Shown here: positions 9,685-19,151 of the stretch, one piece after another
Layout of the letters: the number at the start of each line of letters is the position of its first letter
Numbering within the stretch: position 1 is the stretch's first letter
Source: an uncultured delta proteobacterium
Lineage (GTDB): Bacteria > Myxococcota > Myxococcia > Myxococcales > Myxococcaceae
Assembly: GCA_963713045.1 (NCBI GenBank)
Contig: CAVQKE010000001.1
Coordinates: 288,001-352,000, forward strand
Length of the DNA: 64,000 nucleotides
Direction: 5' to 3'
The notes under the pieces: generated by a model
What the model was told of the DNA's origin: nothing
Database searches by the model: none
Seen by the model: the letters and a program-made list of their open reading frames with translations, nothing else
Translations under genes and position numbers: made by a program

Positions 9685-10230
9685 TTAGCCCGTGGCCGGC
9701 GCACGCCGGGCTCGAGCGGGCGCCCCGGAAGCGCTGAGAAGGGGCAGCGCGGCGTACAGCCGCCTGAGGGCGGCTCCCAACGTTACGCGCTCCGCGGGCG
9801 AGAGGACGGACATGTACGCAACCACTCGGGCCATGTAGGCGGGAAGCGCGCGCGCGAGGAGACGACGCCCGCGAGGCACCAAAGCGACGTAGTACTTGCG
9901 CCGGTCTGTCGGGTGCGCAACACGCCGCACCAGCCCTGCCCGTTCGGCTCCGCGGACCAACCCCGAGATGGCCCCGCGCGTCACGAGCAACCGTGAAGCA
10001 AGTGCGGACGGAAGTAAGCGTCCGGAGGGCTCGGTATAAAGCTGCATCAGCAGTGCCCATTTGGCGTCGGTGAGACCTAAGCCCTCAAAATTGGACTCCA
10101 AGGCGGCATAGGCGTCGCGAGCCACGCGAAGGAGCTCGAGCAGCATCAGCACGGCTTCGGCATCGGTACGACTGCCGAGAAGTTTCTCCACCCGGGCAGC
10201 GTCCGGCAACTCTCGAAGGAGCAGGGACAC
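9685..10230 (-). CDS. MarR-family transcriptional regulator
   Basis: GLTDAKWALL...PSALASRLLVTRGAISGLV...GLVRR...DRR winged-helix pattern. Confidence 0.85.
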   Translation of the reverse strand: MSLLLRELPDAARVEKLLGSRTDAEAVLMLLELLRVARDAYAALESNFEGLGLTDAKWALLMQLYTEPSGRLLPSALASRLLVTRGAISGLVRGAERAGLVRRVAHPTDRRKYYVALVPRGRRLLARALPAYMARVVAYMSVLSPAERVTLGAALRRLYAALPLLSASGAPARARRAPATG

Positions 10231-10398
10231 GTCACCCGTCCGTTCCGGCGCTGCCCCGGACTTGCTGGCTCGTTGCGGCCGGAATTACCGACAGCGCCGC
10301 GGCGAGCTTTCTAGCCCGTTGGGGTTGCCTTCGGAGCAAATTCACCAGGCTGCGGCCTCTGCCCTCTGCCAGCGCCGCCAATGTCTCGTTGAGCGAGC

Positions 10399-10836
10399 TC
10401 ACCGGTTGGGGCTACGGAGCCGTTGCATAAACCACCACTGGTGGCCCTCGACATCCTCGGCCTGGTAGCCGCGGTCTTCCCAGTGGTCTTCGCCGTAGTC
10501 GACCGACGTCGGCTCGGAGACGATTTTTGCTCCCGCGTCCCGAGCGCGCGAGCAGTGGGCTTCCACGTCGTCGACATAAACCATCAAGTTTTGGGTGTTG
10601 GCGCCGCCCAAGGCGCGCGGACTGCGTCGGAAGGGATATTTCGCCCGGGGCCCGGCCACCATCACCACACCCTCGCCATAGACCAGCTCGGAGTGCTCGA
10701 TGACCCCATTTTCGCCCTCGACCTTCAGGCGAACCTCAAAACCGAAGGCGCGACATAGCCAGTCGATGGCCTTGGCCGGGGCCTCGTAATAGAGAGCCGC
10801 CGAAATCCGCGGCCAGCCGGGTGGAGCGTCTCGCAT
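10399..10836 (-). CDS. VOC/glyoxalase family protein
   Basis: AIDWLCRAFGF...HSEL...VYVDDVEAH...DVEGHQWWF. Confidence 0.85.
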   Translation of the reverse strand: MRDAPPGWPRISAALYYEAPAKAIDWLCRAFGFEVRLKVEGENGVIEHSELVYGEGVVMVAGPRAKYPFRRSPRALGGANTQNLMVYVDDVEAHCSRARDAGAKIVSEPTSVDYGEDHWEDRGYQAEDVEGHQWWFMQRLRSPNR

Positions 10837-11070
10837 GGGCCCCTCGTCACGACTGCATTTGCGCGAAACATTTGCTTTAGTCATTGACGGTTGTCAAACG
10901 CGTGCGCGAACCAAGGGCGGCGGCCAATCGGTCCGCTCGGACCGTGCATTCCGCTCACAGCCTCGCCGCGAGCTCTCCGGCAGACCGCCAGCAGCTGAAC
11001 GGTGTCGACGTCGTTGCTCGAAAGGCTTCTCCCCTTTCGGTTCCAGTCCGTCTGCGGCGATGATGAGGGG

Positions 11071-11979
11071 GTGAAGCCCTCGCCGACGCTCTCACCGCTT
11101 CTGAAGCTGTCCCATGTGCTGTTCGACTGGCTTCATAACCGGTGGGAGAGCCGGCGAGTGCAGACCGCTCTGGCCACCGCGCTGGTGGCTACCTTCATCG
11201 GCGCGCTGCTGCTGATTGAAGCTCGACGCCGAGGCTGGCTCCCCGCAGCGCTTGCGTCGCATGTACCGACTAACCACTTCGATTCGGTCCAACTGGCCTT
11301 CACTCTGCTGCTCGCCATCGAGGTCATCAGTCTGGTTTTCGGGCTGTCCGGCACCACCGGAAACACCATGGGCAGACAGTTCGAAATCCTCTCCCTCATC
11401 TTGCTGCGGCAGTCCCTCGGCGAGTTGGTGAATTTTCCGGAGCCCATTTACTGGGACGCTGTCAGGGACGCCGTTCCTCGGATGGCAGCCGACGCAACGG
11501 CGGCGGTCCTCATCTTTTTCCTGGTGGGCGTCTTCTACGCCCTGCAGCGTCGGACTGAATCCCAACTCTCCGAGGAGGCCCGGGCCAGCTTTACCGCCTC
11601 CAAGGAGATGGTGGCTCTCGTGCTGTTGGCGATGTTTGCCGGTCTCGCCCTCAAAGCCGTGACGGGGGGGATGGAACCCGCTCGGGCGTCTCAACGTGCC
11701 GGGTACTTCTTTGAGCAGTTCTACACGGTCCTCATCTTCGCCGACATCCTCGTGGTGCTGCTCGCACTCCGCCACAGCTTCGCCTACGACTTGGTGCTAC
11801 GGAATTCGGGCTTCGCGGCGGTGACCGTCCTCATCCGACTGGCCCTCACGGCTCCGCCCTTCGTCAACGGCATACTCGGCGTGGGCGCCACCCTGTTGGG
11901 CATCGCGCTGACCTGGGTTTACAACCGCAATGTCCCCGTTCCCCGGCCTCCCGACCGCCTCGAGGCAGCAACTCGTTGA
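11071..11979 (+). CDS. Hypothetical multi-pass membrane protein
   Basis: About 8 hydrophobic segments. GTG start after GAGGGG. No family recognised. Confidence 0.65.
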   Translation: MKPSPTLSPLLKLSHVLFDWLHNRWESRRVQTALATALVATFIGALLLIEARRRGWLPAALASHVPTNHFDSVQLAFTLLLAIEVISLVFGLSGTTGNTMGRQFEILSLILLRQSLGELVNFPEPIYWDAVRDAVPRMAADATAAVLIFFLVGVFYALQRRTESQLSEEARASFTASKEMVALVLLAMFAGLALKAVTGGMEPARASQRAGYFFEQFYTVLIFADILVVLLALRHSFAYDLVLRNSGFAAVTVLIRLALTAPPFVNGILGVGATLLGIALTWVYNRNVPVPRPPDRLEAATR

Positions 11980-12002
11980 GGTTCGCGTACACTGTCGGCG
12001 GC

Positions 12003-12707
12003 GTGTCCAGCACACTTGCCATCATCGGAGTCCGGGGCCTTGGCAGAGAGATTGCCCTGCACTTCGCGCGCGAGGGCTGGCGGGTCCTTTGTGCGGCCCG
12101 CACGGCCGCCGCGGTCGACCAACTCGCCCGGGAGGTCAGCAGCGCCGGCGGAATCGGCCTGCCGGTCGTCTGTGACATCACCGACCCAAAGTCACTGGCT
12201 TCATTTTCCGCAGAGGCGGTCGACCTGGTGGTTGCCGCTCAAACCTCGGGCGGACGCTTTGGCTCCCTCCCGCTCTTGGACCTTCAAGACGCTGAGCTGG
12301 CGCAGGGCTTTTCGAGCTACGTCCAGGGTACGTGGAATCTCCTTAGGGCATTTGGTCCCGGCCTGCTGTCCCGAGGCCGGGGCACCTTCCTTCAGATGGG
12401 CACCTCCTCCGGAATTCGCACCAAGGAGGGCTTCGCTGCTCTCGGTGCGGTGCAGCACGGCCTCCGCGCACTGGTTCAAGTCGCAGCCCGGGAATGGCGT
12501 CCGCGCGGCGTCCACGTCGCCTATGTCCCCATCGACGGCCCAATCGCCAGCCAGGCAGCCGCAGCCCATGGCCGGGCCACCGAGCGTCTGCTGACGCCGG
12601 CCGCCATCGCGCGAGCCTGCGCGTACCTTCATGCGCAGACTCCAGACGCCTGGACGCACGAATTGGTCTTGCGGCCAGCGGGGGGCGACTGGACGGCCCC
12701 CACTTGA
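12003..12707 (+). CDS. SDR-family oxidoreductase
   Basis: IIGVRGLGREIALHFAREG Rossmann motif, VHVAYVPIDG, WTHEL C-terminus. Confidence 0.8.
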   Translation: MSSTLAIIGVRGLGREIALHFAREGWRVLCAARTAAAVDQLAREVSSAGGIGLPVVCDITDPKSLASFSAEAVDLVVAAQTSGGRFGSLPLLDLQDAELAQGFSSYVQGTWNLLRAFGPGLLSRGRGTFLQMGTSSGIRTKEGFAALGAVQHGLRALVQVAAREWRPRGVHVAYVPIDGPIASQAAAAHGRATERLLTPAAIARACAYLHAQTPDAWTHELVLRPAGGDWTAPT

Positions 12708-12740
12708 GCGGCCGCTGGCGCGGTGCGCTTCGGCTTCGAC

Positions 12741-13562
12741 ATGTTCGGCTTCGCATTGATGCCCCTTGTGCTCCTGGTCGAAGCCGCGGAGCCCACGGTC
12801 GGAAGTGCCTCCAGGGCCGATGTGCCCAGCGCCGCCACCACCAGCGGGCCTAGCTCCGTCTATCAACTGCAGCCCTGGGCGGATGGTCTGCTGCTCGCGT
12901 CCACCACGGCCACTTGGGTCTTCCTCGAAGCGGAAGGCCCCTCCTGGGTGACTCCGCAATGCCCGTGCGCAGCGGCAGACGTTCCGAGCTTTGACCGGGT
13001 CGCGCTTCATTGGCACAGCGCGGCGGCCGACACGGCGAGCACCATCACCGAGGTGTTGGCTCTGCTTGCGCCGATTGGCGTGGACTTAGTCGACGTGGGG
13101 CTGAGCCAGGCCTTCCTGGAGGACATGGTGGTTTACGCCGAAGTCCTCTCCATCAGCGGAACGCTGACCGCCGCCGCGAAATACTCCTTCCAGAGGCCCC
13201 GACCCAACGTCTACGCCACCACCTCGACCGCGGTCCTCCATTCCCCGGCGAGCTACACCAGTTTTCTTTCCGGACATGCCAGCATCACTTTCGGTGCGCT
13301 GACCACGCTCGCCATGACCGAGTCGCTTCGGCACGGGCCGACGCTGTGGCCCTGGCTTGTCGTGGCCGTCGTGGGGGCCAGCGTCGCCGTTGAGCGCGTG
13401 CTGGCCGGACAGCACTTCCCGTCTGACGTCTTGGCTGGGGCTGCGCTGGGCGTCGGGACGGGCGCGCTTGTACCCGTGTTCCACCTCCGACCTCCTGCCC
13501 CGCAGGTAGCGCTGGTCCTCCGCCCCGGCGGAGGCGAGCTCGAGCTGTCGTGCCGCTGGTAG
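12741..13562 (+). CDS. PAP2-family phosphatase
   Basis: KYSFQRPRP, SFLSGH and RVLAGQHFPSDV (PAP2 C1/C2/C3 motifs). Confidence 0.85.
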   Translation: MFGFALMPLVLLVEAAEPTVGSASRADVPSAATTSGPSSVYQLQPWADGLLLASTTATWVFLEAEGPSWVTPQCPCAAADVPSFDRVALHWHSAAADTASTITEVLALLAPIGVDLVDVGLSQAFLEDMVVYAEVLSISGTLTAAAKYSFQRPRPNVYATTSTAVLHSPASYTSFLSGHASITFGALTTLAMTESLRHGPTLWPWLVVAVVGASVAVERVLAGQHFPSDVLAGAALGVGTGALVPVFHLRPPAPQVALVLRPGGGELELSCRW

Positions 13563-13702
13563 CAGCTTCCTGGCGGTGTCGTTTCTCCAGGCCATCCGTT
13601 CCTGCAAAAAGACCGGCGCGGAAAATTCCGCGCGAAAAAAAGCGCGAGCCTCGGCGGTAAAGAGGGGCTATTCCGGCGAAAACGCCTCTCCCCTTCGGCT
13701 CC

Positions 13703-14482
13703 ATGTCCCTCGGCTACACGCGCTTCGGGCTGTTGGTTGCGCTGGCGCTGGTTCCTGCACGCGCTTTGGCCCAGGACAATTTCGAGATTCAAGTCTACGA
13801 CAGCGAGACCGCCGGCCCCTGGCACGTCGGCCTGGAAACTCATCTCATCTATTTGGCGAGTGGGACGACGGTGACGTCCCCCGACGGCCAAGCTCCGACC
13901 GAACACCAATTCCACCTGACGTTTGAGCCCCATTTGGGGATCGGCACATGGGTCGAGCTTGGGATGTATTTGCAGTTTGCCGTGCTCCCCCAAGCCGGCT
14001 TCGAATACGCCGGCGTCAAGCTGCGTTGCAAGCTTCGCCTGGACCAAAAGCTCGCCGGCGCCATCGGCTTGGCCATCAATTTCGAGATTTCAGATGTGCC
14101 CCGTCAATTCGAGCCCAACGTCTGGGGCAGTGAAATCCGGCCCATCATCGACGGACGGTGGGGCTTCTTCTACGCCGCGGTGAACCCGATTGTGGACATT
14201 GACCTCAACGGTATCAACGCGGGACTTCCTCAGTTCGAGCCAGCGGCAAAGCTGGCGTTCACCGTCGTCGGCTCCCTCGCGCTGGGGCTGGAGTACTACG
14301 GCGCCTACGGCCCCATCACGAAAACGCTGCCCATTTCCGAGTCGACCAATCGACTCTTTGCTGCGCTCGACTTTGCCTCAGACTATTTCGACTTAAATTT
14401 CGGCGTTGGCTACGGCTTCACCGGACCCGAAAAGCTGATTGTGAAGGCCATCCTTGGCTTTCACGGGAAAGAGGGCCCCTGA
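13703..14482 (+). CDS. Secreted/outer-membrane beta-barrel-like hypothetical protein
   Basis: Signal peptide (ALA-QD), EIQVYD, alternating hydrophobic beta strands, GLEYYG, NFGVGYG. Confidence 0.6.
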   Translation: MSLGYTRFGLLVALALVPARALAQDNFEIQVYDSETAGPWHVGLETHLIYLASGTTVTSPDGQAPTEHQFHLTFEPHLGIGTWVELGMYLQFAVLPQAGFEYAGVKLRCKLRLDQKLAGAIGLAINFEISDVPRQFEPNVWGSEIRPIIDGRWGFFYAAVNPIVDIDLNGINAGLPQFEPAAKLAFTVVGSLALGLEYYGAYGPITKTLPISESTNRLFAALDFASDYFDLNFGVGYGFTGPEKLIVKAILGFHGKEGP

Positions 14483-14579
14483 GCGAGCGGGCCCCGAGGG
14501 AGAAGCGGGGGGAAGCGCGCAACGGTGTGTTGCCCATGGGGCAACGAGCCCCGGAGGCCCGGCGGATTAAAGGAAAGGC

Positions 14580-15458
14580 ATGAATCAGCTACGCAGAGTT
14601 TCCAGCGTCGTGACCGCTCACCGTCAGACGGAAGGGGGTGGCTTCGTCGTTCGCCGCCCCTACCCCACTACAGGGCTCGACTCGGTGGACCCCTTCCTCC
14701 TGCTGGACGAGATGGGGCCGGTCGACTACGGACCCGGAGAAGCAGTGGGCGCCCCCGACCATCCCCACCGGGGCTTTGAGACGGTGACCTACCTCCTCGA
14801 AGGAGAGGGGGAGCACCAGGACTCGGCGGGGCACGCCGGGACGCTCGGCCCGGGGGACGTCCAGTGGATGACCGCCGGGTCGGGCGTGGTGCATTCCGAG
14901 CTGCCTTCCCGTCGCATTCTGGAGAAGGGAGGTCGCGTCCACGGCTTTCAAGTCTGGGTCAACCTACCTCGCCGCGACAAATTCATCAGTCCCCGCTACC
15001 AGGAGATTCCGGCGGCGGCCATTCCCGTCGGCCGTTCAGCGGACGGCCTGGCCGAAGTCCGCGTGGTGGCCGGCGAGGCGCTGGGCGCTCAAGCTGTCAT
15101 TGAGACGCGGACGCCAATTTACTTCCAGGATTGGACGCTTCGACCCGGCGCCGAAGTCATCCTCACCTTGCCTCAGGACCATCAAGCGTCGGCCTACGTA
15201 TTTTCCGGCGAAGCGCTGGTCGCCGGCAGGCCGATCCGCGACGGCCAGCTCGCCCTACTGACTGCCGGAGACGCGGTGCAACTCGCTGCTTCCGGGAGCG
15301 CCTCGGCGCCGACCCGACTGCTGTTGCTCTCCGGCGTCCCCCTCCGGGAACCGGTGGCTCGCTACGGGCCTTTTGTCATGAATACCCCTGAGGAAATCCA
15401 CCAAGCCATCTTCGACTTTCAGGCGGGCCGTATGGGGGAAATCCGTCGGAGCCCTTGA
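14580..15458 (+). CDS. Pirin family protein
   Basis: DPFLLLD, HPHRGFETVTY, QWMTAGSGVVHSE, GPFVMNT. Confidence 0.95.
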   Translation: MNQLRRVSSVVTAHRQTEGGGFVVRRPYPTTGLDSVDPFLLLDEMGPVDYGPGEAVGAPDHPHRGFETVTYLLEGEGEHQDSAGHAGTLGPGDVQWMTAGSGVVHSELPSRRILEKGGRVHGFQVWVNLPRRDKFISPRYQEIPAAAIPVGRSADGLAEVRVVAGEALGAQAVIETRTPIYFQDWTLRPGAEVILTLPQDHQASAYVFSGEALVAGRPIRDGQLALLTAGDAVQLAASGSASAPTRLLLLSGVPLREPVARYGPFVMNTPEEIHQAIFDFQAGRMGEIRRSP

Positions 15459-15505
15459 AGGGGTCCAGCGCGCCTAGGAGGTGCTTCGTCGTCCAACGGC
15501 GAAGC

Positions 15506-16417
15506 TCATCCTGAGGTCGCGACATTCCTCTCTTGGACCGCCGCGACGGCGCCCTCGCGGAGGAAGGCGGTTGTGGCACGCACCACCTCTGCATCCGACA
15601 GGATGCGAGTGTGTCCGACGCCGGTCAGCGGAACGAAGCGCGCCCCCGGCCAGGCTTCGGCAATCGCACGCCCGTGTGCAAAGGGCACATCTCTGTCGCC
15701 CACGTCGTGGAAGATGAGTGCCGGTCGACGCATCCACCCGGCGAAAGCCCGCACGTCGAGTGAGTTGAGGTGAACACCCACCTGACGCTGAACTTCGGCC
15801 AGCATGCCCTCGGTGCGCACTGCAGACAGGCCCAACACCTCCGCCAGCCGTCGAGCGAAGTGCGGGGCTGCGGCGGGGGGGGCGAGGAGGACGGCGCGCT
15901 GGGCCGGAAGGTGGTCAAAGAGGGCCAACGCCGTGGCGGTGGCGCCCAGCGAATGTGCCACCACCGCGTGCAGTGGCCCAGTGGCACGGGCAATGGACTG
16001 GATGGCCTCGGCCATCTTCAACACCGTCGTGCGGCGGCCGCCAGAATGGCTGTGGGCCGGCTGGTCGAACGCCACCACCCGGAAGCCGGCCTCGACGAGA
16101 GGCCGGATGAAACTGCTCAGCTGCCCGGCGTGGCCGTTCCACCCGTGGGCAAGCACGACGGTGGGGCCGTGGCCCCAGGCCCAGACGGCAAGGTCGACGT
16201 TTCCACTCACGACGCGGAGGCGCTGCGCGCCCAGTCCCGGCGCGCCCGGCTCCGGGCGCCGCCGCCGGAGCGGCGTGAGGAAGAGGGCCGCTGCTCTGCG
16301 GTCGGAAGTCCGCGGGGCAAACCGGGCCAGGAGGCGGAATTGTGCACGCAGGAGCGCTCGAAATATCCGAGCGTTCGTGCTTTTTTTCGAGATGGAGACG
16401 ACACGGGACGGCGGCAT
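15506..16417 (-). CDS. Alpha/beta-fold hydrolase
   Basis: LAHGWNG, AHSLG nucleophile elbow, HDVGDRDVP, GVGH. Confidence 0.85.
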   Translation of the reverse strand: MPPSRVVSISKKSTNARIFRALLRAQFRLLARFAPRTSDRRAAALFLTPLRRRRPEPGAPGLGAQRLRVVSGNVDLAVWAWGHGPTVVLAHGWNGHAGQLSSFIRPLVEAGFRVVAFDQPAHSHSGGRRTTVLKMAEAIQSIARATGPLHAVVAHSLGATATALALFDHLPAQRAVLLAPPAAAPHFARRLAEVLGLSAVRTEGMLAEVQRQVGVHLNSLDVRAFAGWMRRPALIFHDVGDRDVPFAHGRAIAEAWPGARFVPLTGVGHTRILSDAEVVRATTAFLREGAVAAVQERNVATSG

Positions 16418-16431
16418 GGGGACTTCCTCCT

Positions 16432-17028
16432 TCAGGAAACAGCGGCGGCGTCGGACATCAGCCGGTCAAACCCGGTCCTCAGGGCAGCTTCGGCTCGGGG
16501 GTCTCGCAACAGCCGTTTGGCGTGGTGGTAGCCGAGAAGCAATCCGTAGAACTCGAAGGCGAACTGTCGACAATCGACGTCCTTGCGGAAGTGACCCACG
16601 TCAATGGCCATCCGTGCCGAGCGGGTGAAGGCGTCGTGAAGCTGGCGCTGCGTCTCGACGAGGAAGTCCCGCGGACGCCCCGCGCGGTCATCCAGTTCGA
16701 CCGCCGCCGTGACGAAGAGGCAGCCGCCGGAGGCTTCGGGCGAGTTTGCCCAGCGAACCCAATTTTCGAACAGCTGGCGGATGCGAGGTGTCCCGCGGGC
16801 AGCCCGGAAGGCCGGGCGCACCACGTCGTCCTCGAAGCGCCGAGCCGCCGCACGCAGGACCTCCACCTGGAGCTCTTCCTTGGAACCGAAGTGGGCGAAT
16901 AACCCGCTCTTGGACATGGCCAACGCCTCGGCCAACCCGCCGATGCTCAAGCCTTCGAGACCGTCTCGGCTCGCCATGCGGAAGGCCCGGTCAAGAATCC
17001 GTTCGCGGGTGTCGTCTCCCTTGGACAT
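16432..17028 (-). CDS. TetR-family transcriptional regulator
   Basis: TRERILD...LSIGGLAEALAMSKSGLFAHFGSKEEL, GCLF. Confidence 0.92.
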   Translation of the reverse strand: MSKGDDTRERILDRAFRMASRDGLEGLSIGGLAEALAMSKSGLFAHFGSKEELQVEVLRAAARRFEDDVVRPAFRAARGTPRIRQLFENWVRWANSPEASGGCLFVTAAVELDDRAGRPRDFLVETQRQLHDAFTRSARMAIDVGHFRKDVDCRQFAFEFYGLLLGYHHAKRLLRDPRAEAALRTGFDRLMSDAAAVS

Positions 17029-17035
17029 GGCCGCC

Positions 17036-17065
17036 CGCATAACGAACGTTCGTGCTGTTTGTCAA
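17036..17065 (-). promoter_or_regulatory. tetR promoter with palindromic operator ACGAACGTTCGT
   Basis: TTGACA (17060-17065), perfect 12-bp palindrome at 17042-17053 in the spacer, and weak -10 TATGCG 7 nt before ATG 17028 (leaderless geometry). Confidence 0.65.
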
Positions 17066-17107
17066 GGCCAACGGCTGGTCTAGTGTGGGCGCCGACGGGA
17101 GGACACC

Positions 17108-17749
17108 ATGCCGCAACGCGTCGACGAGGTTCGGGGCACGCAACTGACGGTGCGCTTTGAGGGCAGCCGCTGCATCCACTCCCGCACCTGCGTGCTGGGC
17201 CGCCCGGATGTCTTCCTCCCCAACGCCCCCGGGCAGTGGATACATCCGGACGCCGCCAGCGCGGAGACGGTGGCGGCGTTGGTGCAACAGTGCCCTTCAG
17301 GTGCCCTCACCTACCAGCGCCTCGACGGTGGCGAACAAGAAACAGCCCCCTGCGTAAACGTCGTGCGCATTGGCGAGAATGGGCCACTCGCCTTTCACGC
17401 GGAGCTCCATCTCCAAGGGGAGGAGCCGAGGTTTCGTGCGACGCTCTGCCGTTGCGGCGCCTCCTCGAAGAAGCCCTTTTGCGACAGTGCCCATGTCCGA
17501 GTCGGCTTCACCGCCACCGGTGAGCCCAGGACGCAGGAGAGCCCGGGACTCGAGGAGCGGTCCGGCCCACTGGCCGTCACGCCGTTACCCAACGGGCCCC
17601 TGTTGGTGGAAGGCAACCTGGAAGTGGTCTCGGGGACCGGGCGGATGGTATCTCGCACGCGCAAGGCGGCGTTCTGCCGGTGCGGCGCCTCGGCCAACAA
17701 GCCCTTCTGCGACGGCTCGCACGCGCGCGTTGGCTTTCGCTCGGAGTAG
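17108..17749 (+). CDS. CDGSH iron-sulfur protein with N-terminal divergent ferredoxin-like domain
   Basis: CIHSRTC...CPSGAL, CRCGASSKKPFCDSAH and CRCGASANKPFCDGSH. Confidence 0.9.
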   Translation: MPQRVDEVRGTQLTVRFEGSRCIHSRTCVLGRPDVFLPNAPGQWIHPDAASAETVAALVQQCPSGALTYQRLDGGEQETAPCVNVVRIGENGPLAFHAELHLQGEEPRFRATLCRCGASSKKPFCDSAHVRVGFTATGEPRTQESPGLEERSGPLAVTPLPNGPLLVEGNLEVVSGTGRMVSRTRKAAFCRCGASANKPFCDGSHARVGFRSE

Positions 17750-17861
17750 GCCTAAGCCGTTGTTGCGTCTAGGCCCGTGTCGTTCCACGACGCCGGCCTG
17801 GCCGCCGTGCTAACTCGCAACAGCCCCGTAGGGGGCAACCTTCGGCAGGGAGAGGGACGTC

Positions 17862-18524
17862 ATGCTTCGAACCATCCTCATCGCAGTCGGCGCGCTGGTG
17901 ATGCTGCTGCTCATTCTCATCCTGACGCGGCCGGACACCTACAGCGTCGGTCGCAGCACCACCATCGCCGCGCCAGGAGATGTGGTTTACGCGCAAATCG
18001 CCGACTTCCACCGCTGGGACGCCTGGTCGCCTTGGGCCAAGCTGGACCCGGCGGTGAAGGTGACGTACTCGGGCCCAGCGTCGGGGCCGGGCGCGGCCTA
18101 TACCTGGACGGGCAACGACAAGGTGGGCGAGGGGAAGATGCTCATCACCGGTGCGAGGCTCAACCAGGAGGTGAACATCAAGCTCGACTTTATCCGCCCC
18201 TTCGAAGCCACGGCCAGCACTGGGTTTGCGTTGGAGCCTACCGGCAGCGGCACCAAAGTCACCTGGACCATGTCCGGCAACCAGGGCTTCGTCATGAAGG
18301 CCATGTCCCTGGTCCATGACATGGGCAAAGACATTGGAACGGACTTCGACCGCGGTTTGCTCGCCCTCAAAAACGTTTCAGAGGCGGAGGCCAAGCGTCA
18401 AGCGGAGGAAGCCGCGAGGAAGGCCGCGGCCGACGCAGCCGCCGCACAAGCGGCGGCGGATGCGGCAGCGGCCCAGGCGGCGGCCGACGCGGCCGCTAAG
18501 AAGCATCCCAAGGCCCACCACTAG
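17862..18524 (+). CDS. SRPBCC/polyketide-cyclase-like protein with N-terminal TM and Ala-rich tail
   Basis: FHRWDAWSPW...YTWTGN...LDFIRPF...TKVTWTM...DFDRGL. Confidence 0.85.
   Translation: MLRTILIAVGALVMLLLILILTRPDTYSVGRSTTIAAPGDVVYAQIADFHRWDAWSPWAKLDPAVKVTYSGPASGPGAAYTWTGNDKVGEGKMLITGARLNQEVNIKLDFIRPFEATASTGFALEPTGSGTKVTWTMSGNQGFVMKAMSLVHDMGKDIGTDFDRGLLALKNVSEAEAKRQAEEAARKAAADAAAAQAAADAAAAQAAADAAAKKHPKAHH
18424..18497 (+). repeat. Coding 27-nt degenerate tandem repeat (AAADAAAAQ, about 2.7 copies)
   Basis: Translation AAADAAAAQAAADAAAAQAAADAAA. Confidence 0.7.
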
Positions 18525-18605
18525 ACGCCTCCGGCAAGCAGCCCCTTCTCCCAAAGGGCGCGCCGGTTGCCCCCAAGCGTCCCCGGACGCTAAAGGGTCA
18601 CTTCG

Positions 18606-19151
18606 GTGTCGAACTTTGCGTCCGAGAGCGGTGGGGCCGCTGTACCGCGCAGTGAGGACGTCCCCGAGGCGCTTCTGGACTGCCATGCGCGCCTCCGGCA
18701 GCTGACCGGACGGGCGACCGCGCTCGGGGCGTCACCGGGCGGCACGGCCGAGGCCGTGCGGGAGGTGGCCGAGAAGCTGTACCGCTATCTCACCGTGTCA
18801 CTGCCCCTGCACGAGGAGGACGAGGAGGCCTCCCTCTTCCCTCGACTGCTTCGCCACGCGCCCGAGCTCGCGCCCACTCTGGCCGCGCTTCGCGCGGACC
18901 ACCAAGTCCAGGCGGAGCGCGTCGCACCGCTGGTTTCCCTTTGCCAACGGGTGCAGCGGGCACCAGAGCAGGCGGCGGCACTGGCAGGCACCCTCGCCGC
19001 TGCAGCACAGGGGCTGCAAGACGTCTTCCAAACGCACCTCGTGACGGAAGAGCGCGACATTTTTCCGGCGGTGCGCCGCGTCCTGGCCGATAGGGCGCGG
19101 GCCGAGATTCGAGAGGAGATGCGCGCCCGCCGCTCGCGCCTGCCCCGGTGA
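18606..19151 (+). CDS. Hemerythrin-like (HHE) domain protein
   Basis: CHARL, LHEEDEEASLFP, ADH, HLVTEERDIFP. Confidence 0.85.
   Translation: MSNFASESGGAAVPRSEDVPEALLDCHARLRQLTGRATALGASPGGTAEAVREVAEKLYRYLTVSLPLHEEDEEASLFPRLLRHAPELAPTLAALRADHQVQAERVAPLVSLCQRVQRAPEQAAALAGTLAAAAQGLQDVFQTHLVTEERDIFPAVRRVLADRARAEIREEMRARRSRLPR

Noticed and set aside
13616..13641. Intrinsic terminator GCGCGGAA-AA-TTCCGCGC
   Set aside because: It is followed by an A-run rather than a T-run on the transcribed (+) strand. Role unsupported.
18424..18497. CRISPR-like or mobile repeat
   Set aside because: In-frame Ala-rich coding repeat with no spacers and no cas genes.
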